DNA of 64,000 nucleotides from Candidatus Hydrogenedentota bacterium (GTDB lineage Bacteria > Hydrogenedentota > Hydrogenedentia > Hydrogenedentales > SLHB01). Every line of letters starts with the position of its first letter. Position 1 is the first letter of the stretch. Below the pieces are notes generated by a model that searched no databases, had not been told where the DNA came from, and was given only the letters and a program-made list of their open reading frames with translations. Location of the stretch: assembly GCA_963674865.2 (NCBI GenBank), contig CAXXYE010000003.1, forward strand, positions 96,001 through 160,000, in the 5' to 3' direction. Below, piece after piece: positions 9,894 through 18,146 of the stretch. Made by a program: the position numbers and the translations under genes.

Positions 9894-10310
9894 GTGCAAG
9901 AAACCAAAGAAGAACCGATCAGGGTATTACTTGTCGACGATAGCGCCGTTTTTCTTCGCTCCGTGACAAGTTTTCTCGAAGAGCATAAAGAAATCGCCGT
10001 CGTCGGCTCGGCCCTTGGGGGGCAGCAGGGCCTGGCCAGGGCGCAGGCGCTCCGGCCTGATGCGGTGCTGGTGGATCTGGCCATGCCCGACATAAGCGGA
10101 TTCGAGTTGATCCCGCTGCTGCGGAAGATACTGCCGGCATCCGCCATCGTCGCGGTGACGCTCTTCGACACGTCGGCCTACGAAGAGGCGGCCATGGAAG
10201 CGGGGGCGCACGCCTTCATTACGAAGACGAACCTGAGTGCCGATTTGATACCGGCAATCTACAACAGCGTCGAGGCCGTGCGAGCGGGGCCGTCGGCAGC
10301 CGATCCATGA
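9894..10310 (+). CDS. Single-domain response regulator (NarL-type REC, no output domain)
   Basis: VLLVDDS, LVDLAMP, AVT, FITK; GTG start with GAGGG upstream. Confidence 0.88.
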   Translation: MQETKEEPIRVLLVDDSAVFLRSVTSFLEEHKEIAVVGSALGGQQGLARAQALRPDAVLVDLAMPDISGFELIPLLRKILPASAIVAVTLFDTSAYEEAAMEAGAHAFITKTNLSADLIPAIYNSVEAVRAGPSAADP

Positions 10311-10511
10311 GGTGAACCATTCTGCCTGAGGCATCCGTGAGTGGGTGGAGGGAGAAAGTGATATTCGCGTTTCTGAGGGGTGGCGCAAGCGATATGCGGG
10401 TGTGGCAACCACGGTGAGCGTGCGGACTATGAGCAACCAACCGAGACGAGCCAGGGCGGAGGCGCGTCCATCGCCTCAAACGACGCCGCTCTTAAGCGAG
10501 GAGGGTGCAGA

Positions 10512-11564
10512 ATGACGCCGAGAAGCCGGCAGGACGACGCGGACGCGAGCGTGAAGACGCTCACGCGGCGCGTGAGAGAACTTGAGAAGGCCGTGAAGGC
10601 GGCCGCCGAACGTGAGGCGGAACTGGGCCGCAAGGCCGATGTATTGGACGGTATGAACCGTGTCTTCCGAGAACGCATCCGGTGCGAATCGAGCGAAGAA
10701 CTGGCCAAAACATGCCTTGCCGTGGCGGAGGAATTGACCGGCAGCGAGTTCGGCTATATCGGGGAGCTTAACCCCGCGGGACTTCTCGACACCATCGCCA
10801 TCAGCGATCCCGGATGGGCTGAATGCAAGATTCCAAATTCCGAAGCCCTGAAGGTGATCAACAACATGGAAATCCGAGGCGTTGATCGCTCGCTTCTCAA
10901 GGATGAGAAATCACGGATCGTCAATGACGTCCCAGCCCATCCGCAATCCGTCGGCATTCCGGAAGGCCATCCGCCGGTGCATTGCTTCCTCGGTGTCCCA
11001 CTCAAGCAGGGAGGCCGAACCATCGGCATGATCGGCCTGGCCAACAAAGAAGGCGGCTACGATGCTGCCGATCAGGAGGCTGTCGAGGCCCTCTCAGTAG
11101 CCATTGTTGAGGCACTCAACAGTAAGCGGACCGAACAGCAACTGGCCCAGCAGACCGAAGAGATTCTTGAACTCTCCACGCCCGTGATCCAGATATGGCG
11201 GGGCATGCTGGTCGCTCCCGTCATTGGCACGCTCGACAGCCAGCGCGCTCAACGGCTTATGGAAGAGTTGCTCGATCGCATCGTCGAGACCCGGGCCACC
11301 GTGGCATTAGTCGATATCACCGGCGTCACGAACGTGGACACGCAGATTGCGCAGCATCTGATCGAAACGATCAGCGCTGTTCGGCTTCTGGGATCCCAGG
11401 TAATTCTGACAGGCGTCAGCCCCGCTATTGCCCAGACACTAGCCCACCTCGGCATTGACCTCGCGGAAGTCACAACGCAGTCATCCCTGGCTTCCGGACT
11501 TCGGATAGCATTCGAACTGCTGGAACTCGAAGTTACCCATCGTGAAGAGCGTGCAGAGGGCTAA
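10512..11564 (+). CDS. rsbR: RsbR paralogue 1: coiled coil + GAF + STAS (stressosome co-antagonist)
   Basis: GAF motif PEGHPPVHCFLGVPL...IGLANK; STAS motifs ILELSTPVIQIW, GTLDSQRA, DITGV..VDTQIAQHL, LLGSQVILTGV. RBS GAGGAGGG before ATG 10512. Confidence 0.88.
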   Translation: MTPRSRQDDADASVKTLTRRVRELEKAVKAAAEREAELGRKADVLDGMNRVFRERIRCESSEELAKTCLAVAEELTGSEFGYIGELNPAGLLDTIAISDPGWAECKIPNSEALKVINNMEIRGVDRSLLKDEKSRIVNDVPAHPQSVGIPEGHPPVHCFLGVPLKQGGRTIGMIGLANKEGGYDAADQEAVEALSVAIVEALNSKRTEQQLAQQTEEILELSTPVIQIWRGMLVAPVIGTLDSQRAQRLMEELLDRIVETRATVALVDITGVTNVDTQIAQHLIETISAVRLLGSQVILTGVSPAIAQTLAHLGIDLAEVTTQSSLASGLRIAFELLELEVTHREERAEG

Positions 11565-11567
11565 TCC

Positions 11568-13280
11568 ATGAGTGATAACACGAACAAGAAGCGTCTCGAA
11601 GAGGAAAAGGCGGCCCTTATACGTCAGCTGAAGGAGCGAGAGGCCGCGCTTCGCGAGCGCGAAAAGGAGCTTGCTTGTTTGCACAAGCTGGCCATGCTGG
11701 CCGGCGATCCGAGCAGGGCACTCGAAGACGTATTGCAGGACGTTGTGGACCTCATACCGCCCGCCTGGCAGCATCCGGATATCACCTGCGCCAGAGTCTT
11801 GCTGGACGGACAGGGCTTCACAACGGCTGGTTTTGCGGAAACTGCCTGGCGCCTGAAGGCCGATATCCGAGTCGCGGGTTCAGGAGTGGGCGCGATCGAG
11901 GTCTACTACCGGGAGGAGCGGCCCGAGGCCGCGGAAGGCCCCTTCATCAAGGAAGAGCGTGAACTCATTGACACCATAGCCGATGAGGTGGGCCAGTTCA
12001 TCGAACGCTCGCGCGCCAACGAGACGCAGCTCCGGCTGGCGGAGATCATCGAGAGCATTCCGGATTTCGTCAGCTACGCCAGTCCTGATGGCCGGATCCT
12101 CTTCATGAACGAAGCCTATCGCAAAGGCCTAGGTATTGGGCCTGATGAAGATGTCGCACGCATGAAGATACCCGATCTCCATCCCGTCTGGGCCTGTGAG
12201 GTGATTATGAAGGAGGGCATTCCGGCGGCGGAGAAGCACGGCGCGTGGTACGGCGAGACAGCGATCCAGAGCCGGGAAGGCAAGGAGATTCCTGTCCGTC
12301 AAGTGATTGTGGGCCACAGGCCGCCGACAGGTGAAATTAGCTATTTTTCTACGGTTATGCACGATATATCGGAGGAGAAAGCGTCCGAGCAGGCATTGCG
12401 CCGAAGCGAGGCAACTTACCGCTCGCTGGTTGAGAACCTTCCACAGAAGGTCTTTCTCAAAGACCCCGAGGGCGTGTACGTCTCCGTCAACGAGAACTAT
12501 GCCCGTGACTTGGGACTCACAAGCGAGCAGATGAAGGGCAAGAATGACTACGAGTTCTACCCCAGGGAACTTGCCGACAAGTACCGCGCCGACGATCAGC
12601 GCATCATAGCCGGCGGCGTTACCGAGGAACTTGACGAAACCTATGTTCGACAGGGTGAGGAACGAGTCGTACATACGGTGAAGACGCCCATCAAGAACGA
12701 AGCGGGCGAAGTTGCCGGTGTCCTCGGCCTGTTCTGGGACATTACGGATCGCGTGCGCGCCGAAGAGGAACTTCAACGGCACCGTGAGAAGCTCGAGGAG
12801 CTCGTTCGCGAAAGGACCGCCGAGCTTGAAAGCGAGATTGAGGAAGGGAAGCGCCGGGAAGGCGTGATCAATGATCAGGCCCGCGAAATCCTCGAGTTGT
12901 CCACGCCGGTGATACCCGTCTGGGAAGGCATCGTGATTGCGCCGATCATCGGCGCCCTGGATAGCCAGCGCGCCCAAGGCCTGATGGAGGAGTTGCTCGA
13001 AAGGGTGGCGGAAAGCCAGTCCCGTGTCGTGCTCATGGATGTTACCGGCCTCGCCGCAATCGATACCCAGGTGGCGCAACATCTTATAGATACGATCGCC
13101 GCGGTGCGGCTGCTCGGGGCCCAGGTGGTCCTCACGGGGATGCGGCCCGCGATCGCCCAGGTACTGACCCACTTAGGGATCGACCTTTCCGGCGTGGTTA
13201 CAAAATCGTCTCTAACGGCGGGGCTGGCCGTCGCGATGGGATTACTCGGCTACGAGGTGCGAAGCAAGGACGCCGGGTAA
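11568..13280 (+). CDS. rsbR: RsbR paralogue 2: short GAF-like domain + 2 PAS + STAS
   Basis: N-terminal EKEL...IPPAWQHP...EVYY...EERELI segment; two PAS domains ending HDISEEK and WDITDRV; STAS ILELSTPVIPVW...IDTQVAQHL. Confidence 0.88.
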   Translation: MSDNTNKKRLEEEKAALIRQLKEREAALREREKELACLHKLAMLAGDPSRALEDVLQDVVDLIPPAWQHPDITCARVLLDGQGFTTAGFAETAWRLKADIRVAGSGVGAIEVYYREERPEAAEGPFIKEERELIDTIADEVGQFIERSRANETQLRLAEIIESIPDFVSYASPDGRILFMNEAYRKGLGIGPDEDVARMKIPDLHPVWACEVIMKEGIPAAEKHGAWYGETAIQSREGKEIPVRQVIVGHRPPTGEISYFSTVMHDISEEKASEQALRRSEATYRSLVENLPQKVFLKDPEGVYVSVNENYARDLGLTSEQMKGKNDYEFYPRELADKYRADDQRIIAGGVTEELDETYVRQGEERVVHTVKTPIKNEAGEVAGVLGLFWDITDRVRAEEELQRHREKLEELVRERTAELESEIEEGKRREGVINDQAREILELSTPVIPVWEGIVIAPIIGALDSQRAQGLMEELLERVAESQSRVVLMDVTGLAAIDTQVAQHLIDTIAAVRLLGAQVVLTGMRPAIAQVLTHLGIDLSGVVTKSSLTAGLAVAMGLLGYEVRSKDAG

Positions 13281-13312
13281 TCTGTCCCTTTTCAAGAAGG
13301 AGCAAGGTACGG

Positions 13313-14221
13313 ATGAGCAAGAACACGGAAAAGCGCGAAGGTAAGAAGGCCGAGAAGCCTCAAAGCAAAAGGGGGGGCGGGCGTGCCACCCCGAGCCCCG
13401 CGCCACAAGCGGAGGCACGGGAGAGCGGCCCAAGTCAAGGCCCGCCGCTAAGCGCACTCTTCGACGACATCGAAGAAGTCGTCGTGTACGTGAGCGACCC
13501 GGAGACGTACGAGTTGCTTTACTTCAACGACGCCTTCGAACAAAGCTGGGGCAACGCTCTAGGCGAACAATGCTACAAAGTTCTTCAGGGAAGGGACGCC
13601 CCCTGCCCGTTCTGCAGCAATCCCCACATCTTCGGCGAGAATCTGGGGCGTACGTACTCGTGGGAGTTCCAGAACGAGATTACGAGACGCTGGTATCGCT
13701 GCCTTGACAAGGCCCTTGACTGGCCGGGTGGGCGGAAGGTCCGATTCGAGATGGCCATTGACATCACGCAGCTCAAAGAGGCCGAAGAGGTGATGCGAGC
13801 GCAGGCGGACGAGATCATCGAGCTGTCCACGCCGGTCATCCCCATTTGGCGCGGCGTCGTGGTGGCCCCGCTCATCGGCTCCTTGGACAGCCGCCGGGCC
13901 GCCTCGCTGGCGGAGGATCTTCTTACGCGTGTAGCCGAGACGCAGTCGCAGGTGGTTCTTCTCGACGTAACCGGGCTCGCGGCCATAGACACGCAGGTTG
14001 CCCAACATCTCATCGACACGATCACCGCCGTGCGTCTTCTTGGCGCGCGGATAGTTCTCACGGGCATGCGCCCGGCCATTGCCCAAACGCTTACGCACCT
14101 GGGAATTGACCTTTCAGGCGTCGCGACGCGCTCCTCCTTGGCCGGAGGGCTTCAGATCGCTTTTCAGGAAGTAGGCATGCGTATTGTGGACGAGAAAGCG
14201 GAGAAAGGAAGGAGGGCCTAG
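13313..14221 (+). CDS. rsbR: RsbR paralogue 3: basic N-terminal tail + Cys-containing PAS + STAS
   Basis: PAS with CYKVLQGRDAPCPFC, ending IDITQLK; STAS IIELSTPVIPIW...IDTQVAQHL; RBS AAGGAG. Confidence 0.88.
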   Translation: MSKNTEKREGKKAEKPQSKRGGGRATPSPAPQAEARESGPSQGPPLSALFDDIEEVVVYVSDPETYELLYFNDAFEQSWGNALGEQCYKVLQGRDAPCPFCSNPHIFGENLGRTYSWEFQNEITRRWYRCLDKALDWPGGRKVRFEMAIDITQLKEAEEVMRAQADEIIELSTPVIPIWRGVVVAPLIGSLDSRRAASLAEDLLTRVAETQSQVVLLDVTGLAAIDTQVAQHLIDTITAVRLLGARIVLTGMRPAIAQTLTHLGIDLSGVATRSSLAGGLQIAFQEVGMRIVDEKAEKGRRA

Positions 14222-14222
14222 C

Positions 14223-14582
14223 ATGGCTGCCGAAGCCTTATCGGTCATCAAAGTGCGCGATATGCTTCTTGTCACGGTTCCACCGGATCCGGATGACGAG
14301 ACAATCACGGCCCTTCAGGACAGAGTCCTCGAGGCCATGGAAAGACACGCGCCTAAGGGACTTATCCTCGATATCACGACGGTGGAATCGCTTGATTCAT
14401 TCTTTGCTCGCACTATCGCCGAGACCACCCAGATGGTCGCGCTTATGGGAGGGCTCACCGTAATCGCAGGTATGCGTCCTGCCGTGGCAATCACGACGAC
14501 CCAACTGGGCCTGACGCTGGGCAGCACCCTGGCGGCGCTGGACGTCGACATGGCCATGGACCTCTTGGCGAATCACGACTAA
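14223..14582 (+). CDS. rsbS: RsbS stressosome antagonist (single STAS domain)
   Basis: LILDITTVESLDSFFARTI (matches the RsbS phospho-Ser motif), LMGG.TVIAGMRPAVAIT..QLGL; RBS GGAGGG; lies between rsbR and rsbT. Confidence 0.92.
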   Translation: MAAEALSVIKVRDMLLVTVPPDPDDETITALQDRVLEAMERHAPKGLILDITTVESLDSFFARTIAETTQMVALMGGLTVIAGMRPAVAITTTQLGLTLGSTLAALDVDMAMDLLANHD

Positions 14583-14596
14583 AGGAGTAAGGCAAA

Positions 14597-15007
14597 GTGG
14601 GCGTCCCTCAGTCGGGCGAAATGGCGATCCACTGTGAGTCGGACCTGATCCAGGCACGCAAACTCGTCCGCGAACTGACGACCGACCTGGGCTTTGGCGT
14701 CACGGATGTCACCCGGATCATTACCGCGGCATCAGAACTCGTGCGGAACATCTATCGGTTTGCGGGCGCGGGCGTCATGCAATGGCAAGTGCTGGAGCAA
14801 GACCGCCGTGTCGGAGTAGAACTGAGCTTTGTCGATCATGGACCTGGCATCGCCGACGTCGAGGTGGCCATGCAGCCGGGCTTCACCTCGGGCAACGGTA
14901 TGGGTATGGGCTTGCCCGGCATCAAACGCCTGATGGATGAGATGGAACTCAAGACCGAAGTGGGCAAAGGCACCGACGTCACGGTTCGGAAATGGCTCAG
15001 AGGTTGA
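14597..15007 (+). CDS. rsbT: RsbT Ser/Thr kinase (GHKL ATPase)
   Basis: IITAASELVRNIYRFA, DHGPGI, GFTSGNGMGMGLPGIKRLMDEM, GKGT.V...KW; GTG start with AAAGGAG upstream. Confidence 0.93.
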   Translation: MGVPQSGEMAIHCESDLIQARKLVRELTTDLGFGVTDVTRIITAASELVRNIYRFAGAGVMQWQVLEQDRRVGVELSFVDHGPGIADVEVAMQPGFTSGNGMGMGLPGIKRLMDEMELKTEVGKGTDVTVRKWLRG

Positions 15008-15011
15008 CACT

Positions 15012-16034
15012 GTGGCCTCGAAGATTGAAAAAGCCACCAATGTCAGAGGCGAAGGCGACGTTGTGGTCGTACGCAGGGCGGCTAAAGAGTTGGCCGGGCA
15101 ACTCGGATTTGCCGCCAAGGACGCGGAGGAAGTTGCTCTGGCCGTGAGCGAATTGGCCACCAACCTTGTCAAACACGCTGGTGGCGGCGTCCTGACCCTC
15201 AGAGAGGTGGAGGCGGAGAACAAAGTCGGCATCGAGGCCGAATGCCTCGATGCCGGGCCGGGCATCCCTGACGTCGAGCACGCATTTACCGACGGCTTCT
15301 CGACCGCGGGAAGCTTGGGCTATGGACTCGGAACCGTGCTGCGTCTCACCGATGAGGTAACCGTCGAAAGCTTGGGCGAAAGGGAGAGGGGAACGCATAT
15401 TGTCTGCCGGCGTTGGCGTCGTCGCCCGTCCAGTCGCGCCCACCGTTGCCCTTTCGTTTTCGGCGCCGCCTCGCGGGCGCATCCACGAATGCCCATCAAT
15501 GGCGACGCGTTCATCATCAAGGAGTGGGACGGCGCCGCCCTCGTGGGAGTCATTGATGGGCTGGGGCACGGCCAATTCGCTCATCGCGCATCGCAGACGG
15601 CTCGGCGTCAGGTCGAAACTCACTACGATCAGCCCCTGGAGGAGATCTTCCGCGGTGTTGCACGCGTCTGCCGGGCCACGCGCGGCGTCGTGATGGCCCT
15701 TGCGCGCTTTGACTGGGAACGGCAGCGCGTAACCTTGGCAAGCGTCGGGAACATCGAGATTCGAACCTACCGGACGGCTGAGCCACTGCGGTTTATGGTC
15801 CGGCGCGGCGTACTGGGAATCAAGACGCCGTCTCCCCACGTGTCTGAGCATCGCTGGGAGCCTAGTTACGTGCTCGCCATGCATTCTGATGGTATCTCCA
15901 CGCATTGGCAGTGGGCCGACTTCGCGCACGTGCTTTCGGAACCTCCCGCCGCTATAGCCCGGGCCCTTCTGACCGCCTTGGCCAAAGACACGGACGACGC
16001 CACGGTTGTCATCGTCAAAGGAGCAGCGGCATGA
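15012..16034 (+). CDS. rsbX: RsbT-like ATPase domain fused to an RsbX/SpoIIE-type PP2C phosphatase
   Basis: N-half AVSELATNLVKHA, DAGPGI, GFSTAGSLGYGL; C-half NGDAF, VIDGLGHG, HSDGI, DDATVV. GTG start at 15012 after GAGGT. Confidence 0.85.
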   Translation: MASKIEKATNVRGEGDVVVVRRAAKELAGQLGFAAKDAEEVALAVSELATNLVKHAGGGVLTLREVEAENKVGIEAECLDAGPGIPDVEHAFTDGFSTAGSLGYGLGTVLRLTDEVTVESLGERERGTHIVCRRWRRRPSSRAHRCPFVFGAASRAHPRMPINGDAFIIKEWDGAALVGVIDGLGHGQFAHRASQTARRQVETHYDQPLEEIFRGVARVCRATRGVVMALARFDWERQRVTLASVGNIEIRTYRTAEPLRFMVRRGVLGIKTPSPHVSEHRWEPSYVLAMHSDGISTHWQWADFAHVLSEPPAAIARALLTALAKDTDDATVVIVKGAAA

Positions 16035-17701
16035 GCGCGGCGTCTCTTCGGCAGGAGCTTGAGGAAGCCCGCGCCACGATTCGTGCACTGCACGAGGAAC
16101 TCGAAGAGACTAACCGTGGCTTGGCCGCCCTTGCTTTCGAACTTGAGGAGCGAGTGGACGAGCGGACCGCCGAACTGCGCCGAAGTGAGGGCATGCTCCG
16201 AAGCGTGTTTCGCGCCGCGCCCGTCGGGATTGGAGTCGTGTCGAACAGAATCCTCGGATGGACCAACGACAAGCTCCGGGAGATGACGGGCTACTCGGCC
16301 GAAGAACTCGAGGGCAAAAGTTCACGTATCCTCTACGTTTCCGATGAGGAGTATGAGCGCGTTGGCCGAATAAAGTACGCGCAGGCTGAGGCCGGGGATG
16401 TTGCAGCGGCGGAGACGCAACTCCTGACGAAGAGTGGCGATACTGTCGATGTGCTGATGAACGCGACCGCGACGGACGTTAGGGACCCGCAGGCTTCCAT
16501 CGTGTTTGCCGTGATGGACATCACCGACCGCAAGAGCGCCGAGAAATCGCTCAGAGAAAGCGAGCGGCGTTTTCGGCGGGCGATCGAATATGCCCCTTTT
16601 CCCATCATGATCCACGCCGAGGATGGTGAGGTGATTCAGGTCAACGAGGTTTGGACGGAACTAACCGGCTATCCGGCCGCCACCTTGCGCACGACAAACG
16701 AGTGGACCGAGAAGGCTTACCGAGATCAAAAAGGCCCGGTTCGCAACCTCATCGGCAACCTCTACGGGATCGATCGACGAGTGAGGGAGGGTGAGTTTGA
16801 GATCCGAACGGCCGACGGTGACTCGAGAATATGGGACTTTGAATCGGCGCCGCTTGGCCGGCTTCCCGATGGCCGCCGGATGGTTATCAGCATCGCCAAG
16901 GACGTGACCGAGCGCAAACAGGCGGAACAGGAGGTCCAGAGGCTGAATGAGGATTTGGAGCGGCGCGTTGATGAGCGCACGGCGGAACTTACGGCCGCAA
17001 ATGCCGAACTCGAATCCTTCAGCTACTCCGTATCGCACGATTTGCGCGCTCCGCTGCGTGCTATAGGCGGATTTGCACAAATGCTTGAGGAAGAGTGCGC
17101 GGAGACGCTCGACGAGGAAGGGCGACGCCTGCTAAACGTCATTCGCTCCAGCGCAAAGGATATGGGACAGCTCATTGACGATTTGCTGGCCTTCTCGCGT
17201 TTGGGGCGAAAGGCCATGACCTTCACGGACGTCGAAATGGATAAGTTGGCCCGAGAGGTCTTCCAGCAGATCAAGGTGTTCGAGCCCGAACGAAGTGTTA
17301 AGTTCGTGGTACATGATATTCCCAGGGCACGGACTGACCGTGCAATGATCAGGGAAGTTCTCGCTAACCTCATCGGTAATGCATGCAAGTATACACGTCC
17401 CAGAGAACGGGCCATTATCGAGTTCGGCGGACGAGCCGGCGACGCGGAGAACGTATATTGGATCAAGGACAATGGCGTCGGCTTCGATATGAAATACGCC
17501 GAGAAGCTCTTCCAGGTCTTCCAGCGACTCCATAGCGCCGATGAGTTCGAAGGCACGGGCATTGGACTGGCTCTCGTCGAGCGCATTGTCAAGCGACATG
17601 ACGGCCGGCTGTGGGCCGAGGGCGTGGTGAACCAAGGAGCTACCTTCTTCTTCGCGTTGCCAAGCAGGGGGAAACATGATGAGTCAGACGAGTCCTGTTG
17701 A
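16031..17701 (+). CDS. Sensor histidine kinase: N-terminal coiled coil + 2 PAS + HisKA (Cph1-like) + HATPase
   Basis: ATGA overlap with rsb[18 protein letters not shown]-box [42 protein letters not shown]. Confidence 0.92.
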   Translation: MSAASLRQELEEARATIRALHEELEETNRGLAALAFELEERVDERTAELRRSEGMLRSVFRAAPVGIGVVSNRILGWTNDKLREMTGYSAEELEGKSSRILYVSDEEYERVGRIKYAQAEAGDVAAAETQLLTKSGDTVDVLMNATATDVRDPQASIVFAVMDITDRKSAEKSLRESERRFRRAIEYAPFPIMIHAEDGEVIQVNEVWTELTGYPAATLRTTNEWTEKAYRDQKGPVRNLIGNLYGIDRRVREGEFEIRTADGDSRIWDFESAPLGRLPDGRRMVISIAKDVTERKQAEQEVQRLNEDLERRVDERTAELTAANAELESFSYSVSHDLRAPLRAIGGFAQMLEEECAETLDEEGRRLLNVIRSSAKDMGQLIDDLLAFSRLGRKAMTFTDVEMDKLAREVFQQIKVFEPERSVKFVVHDIPRARTDRAMIREVLANLIGNACKYTRPRERAIIEFGGRAGDAENVYWIKDNGVGFDMKYAEKLFQVFQRLHSADEFEGTGIGLALVERIVKRHDGRLWAEGVVNQGATFFFALPSRGKHDESDESC

Positions 17702-18122
17702 GATTCTGCTGGTTGAAGATAATCCTCATGACGTTGAACTGACACTACGTGCCCTCAAGAAGCACAACGTGGCCAACCGCCTTCACATGGTGAAAGACGG
17801 CGCCGAGGCCATCGACTTCCTGTTCGCGTCGGGCGCCTACGAGGACCGGGACCCGAATGACCGGCCCAAGCTCATCCTCCTCGACCTCAAGCTGCCCAAG
17901 GTTGGTGGCCTGGAGGTGCTGCGGGCCGTTAAGTCCGATGAGCGCACCAGAAACATTCCCGTTGTCGTGCTGACGTCGTCTCGGGAAGAGAAAGATATTG
18001 TCGAAAGCTACCGCCTGAGCGTGAATAGCTATATTGTAAAGCCGGTGGATTTCGACAAGTTTCTCAATGCTGTGGGGGAAGTGGGCCTCTACTGGCTCCT
18101 GCTTAACGTTTCCCCGTTCTAA
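17676..18122 (+). CDS. Rcp1-like single-domain response regulator
   Basis: [46 protein letters not shown]. Confidence 0.92.
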   Translation: MMSQTSPVEILLVEDNPHDVELTLRALKKHNVANRLHMVKDGAEAIDFLFASGAYEDRDPNDRPKLILLDLKLPKVGGLEVLRAVKSDERTRNIPVVVLTSSREEKDIVESYRLSVNSYIVKPVDFDKFLNAVGEVGLYWLLLNVSPF

Positions 18123-18146
18123 CACGGCCTCTGGGTGGAGGTGATC

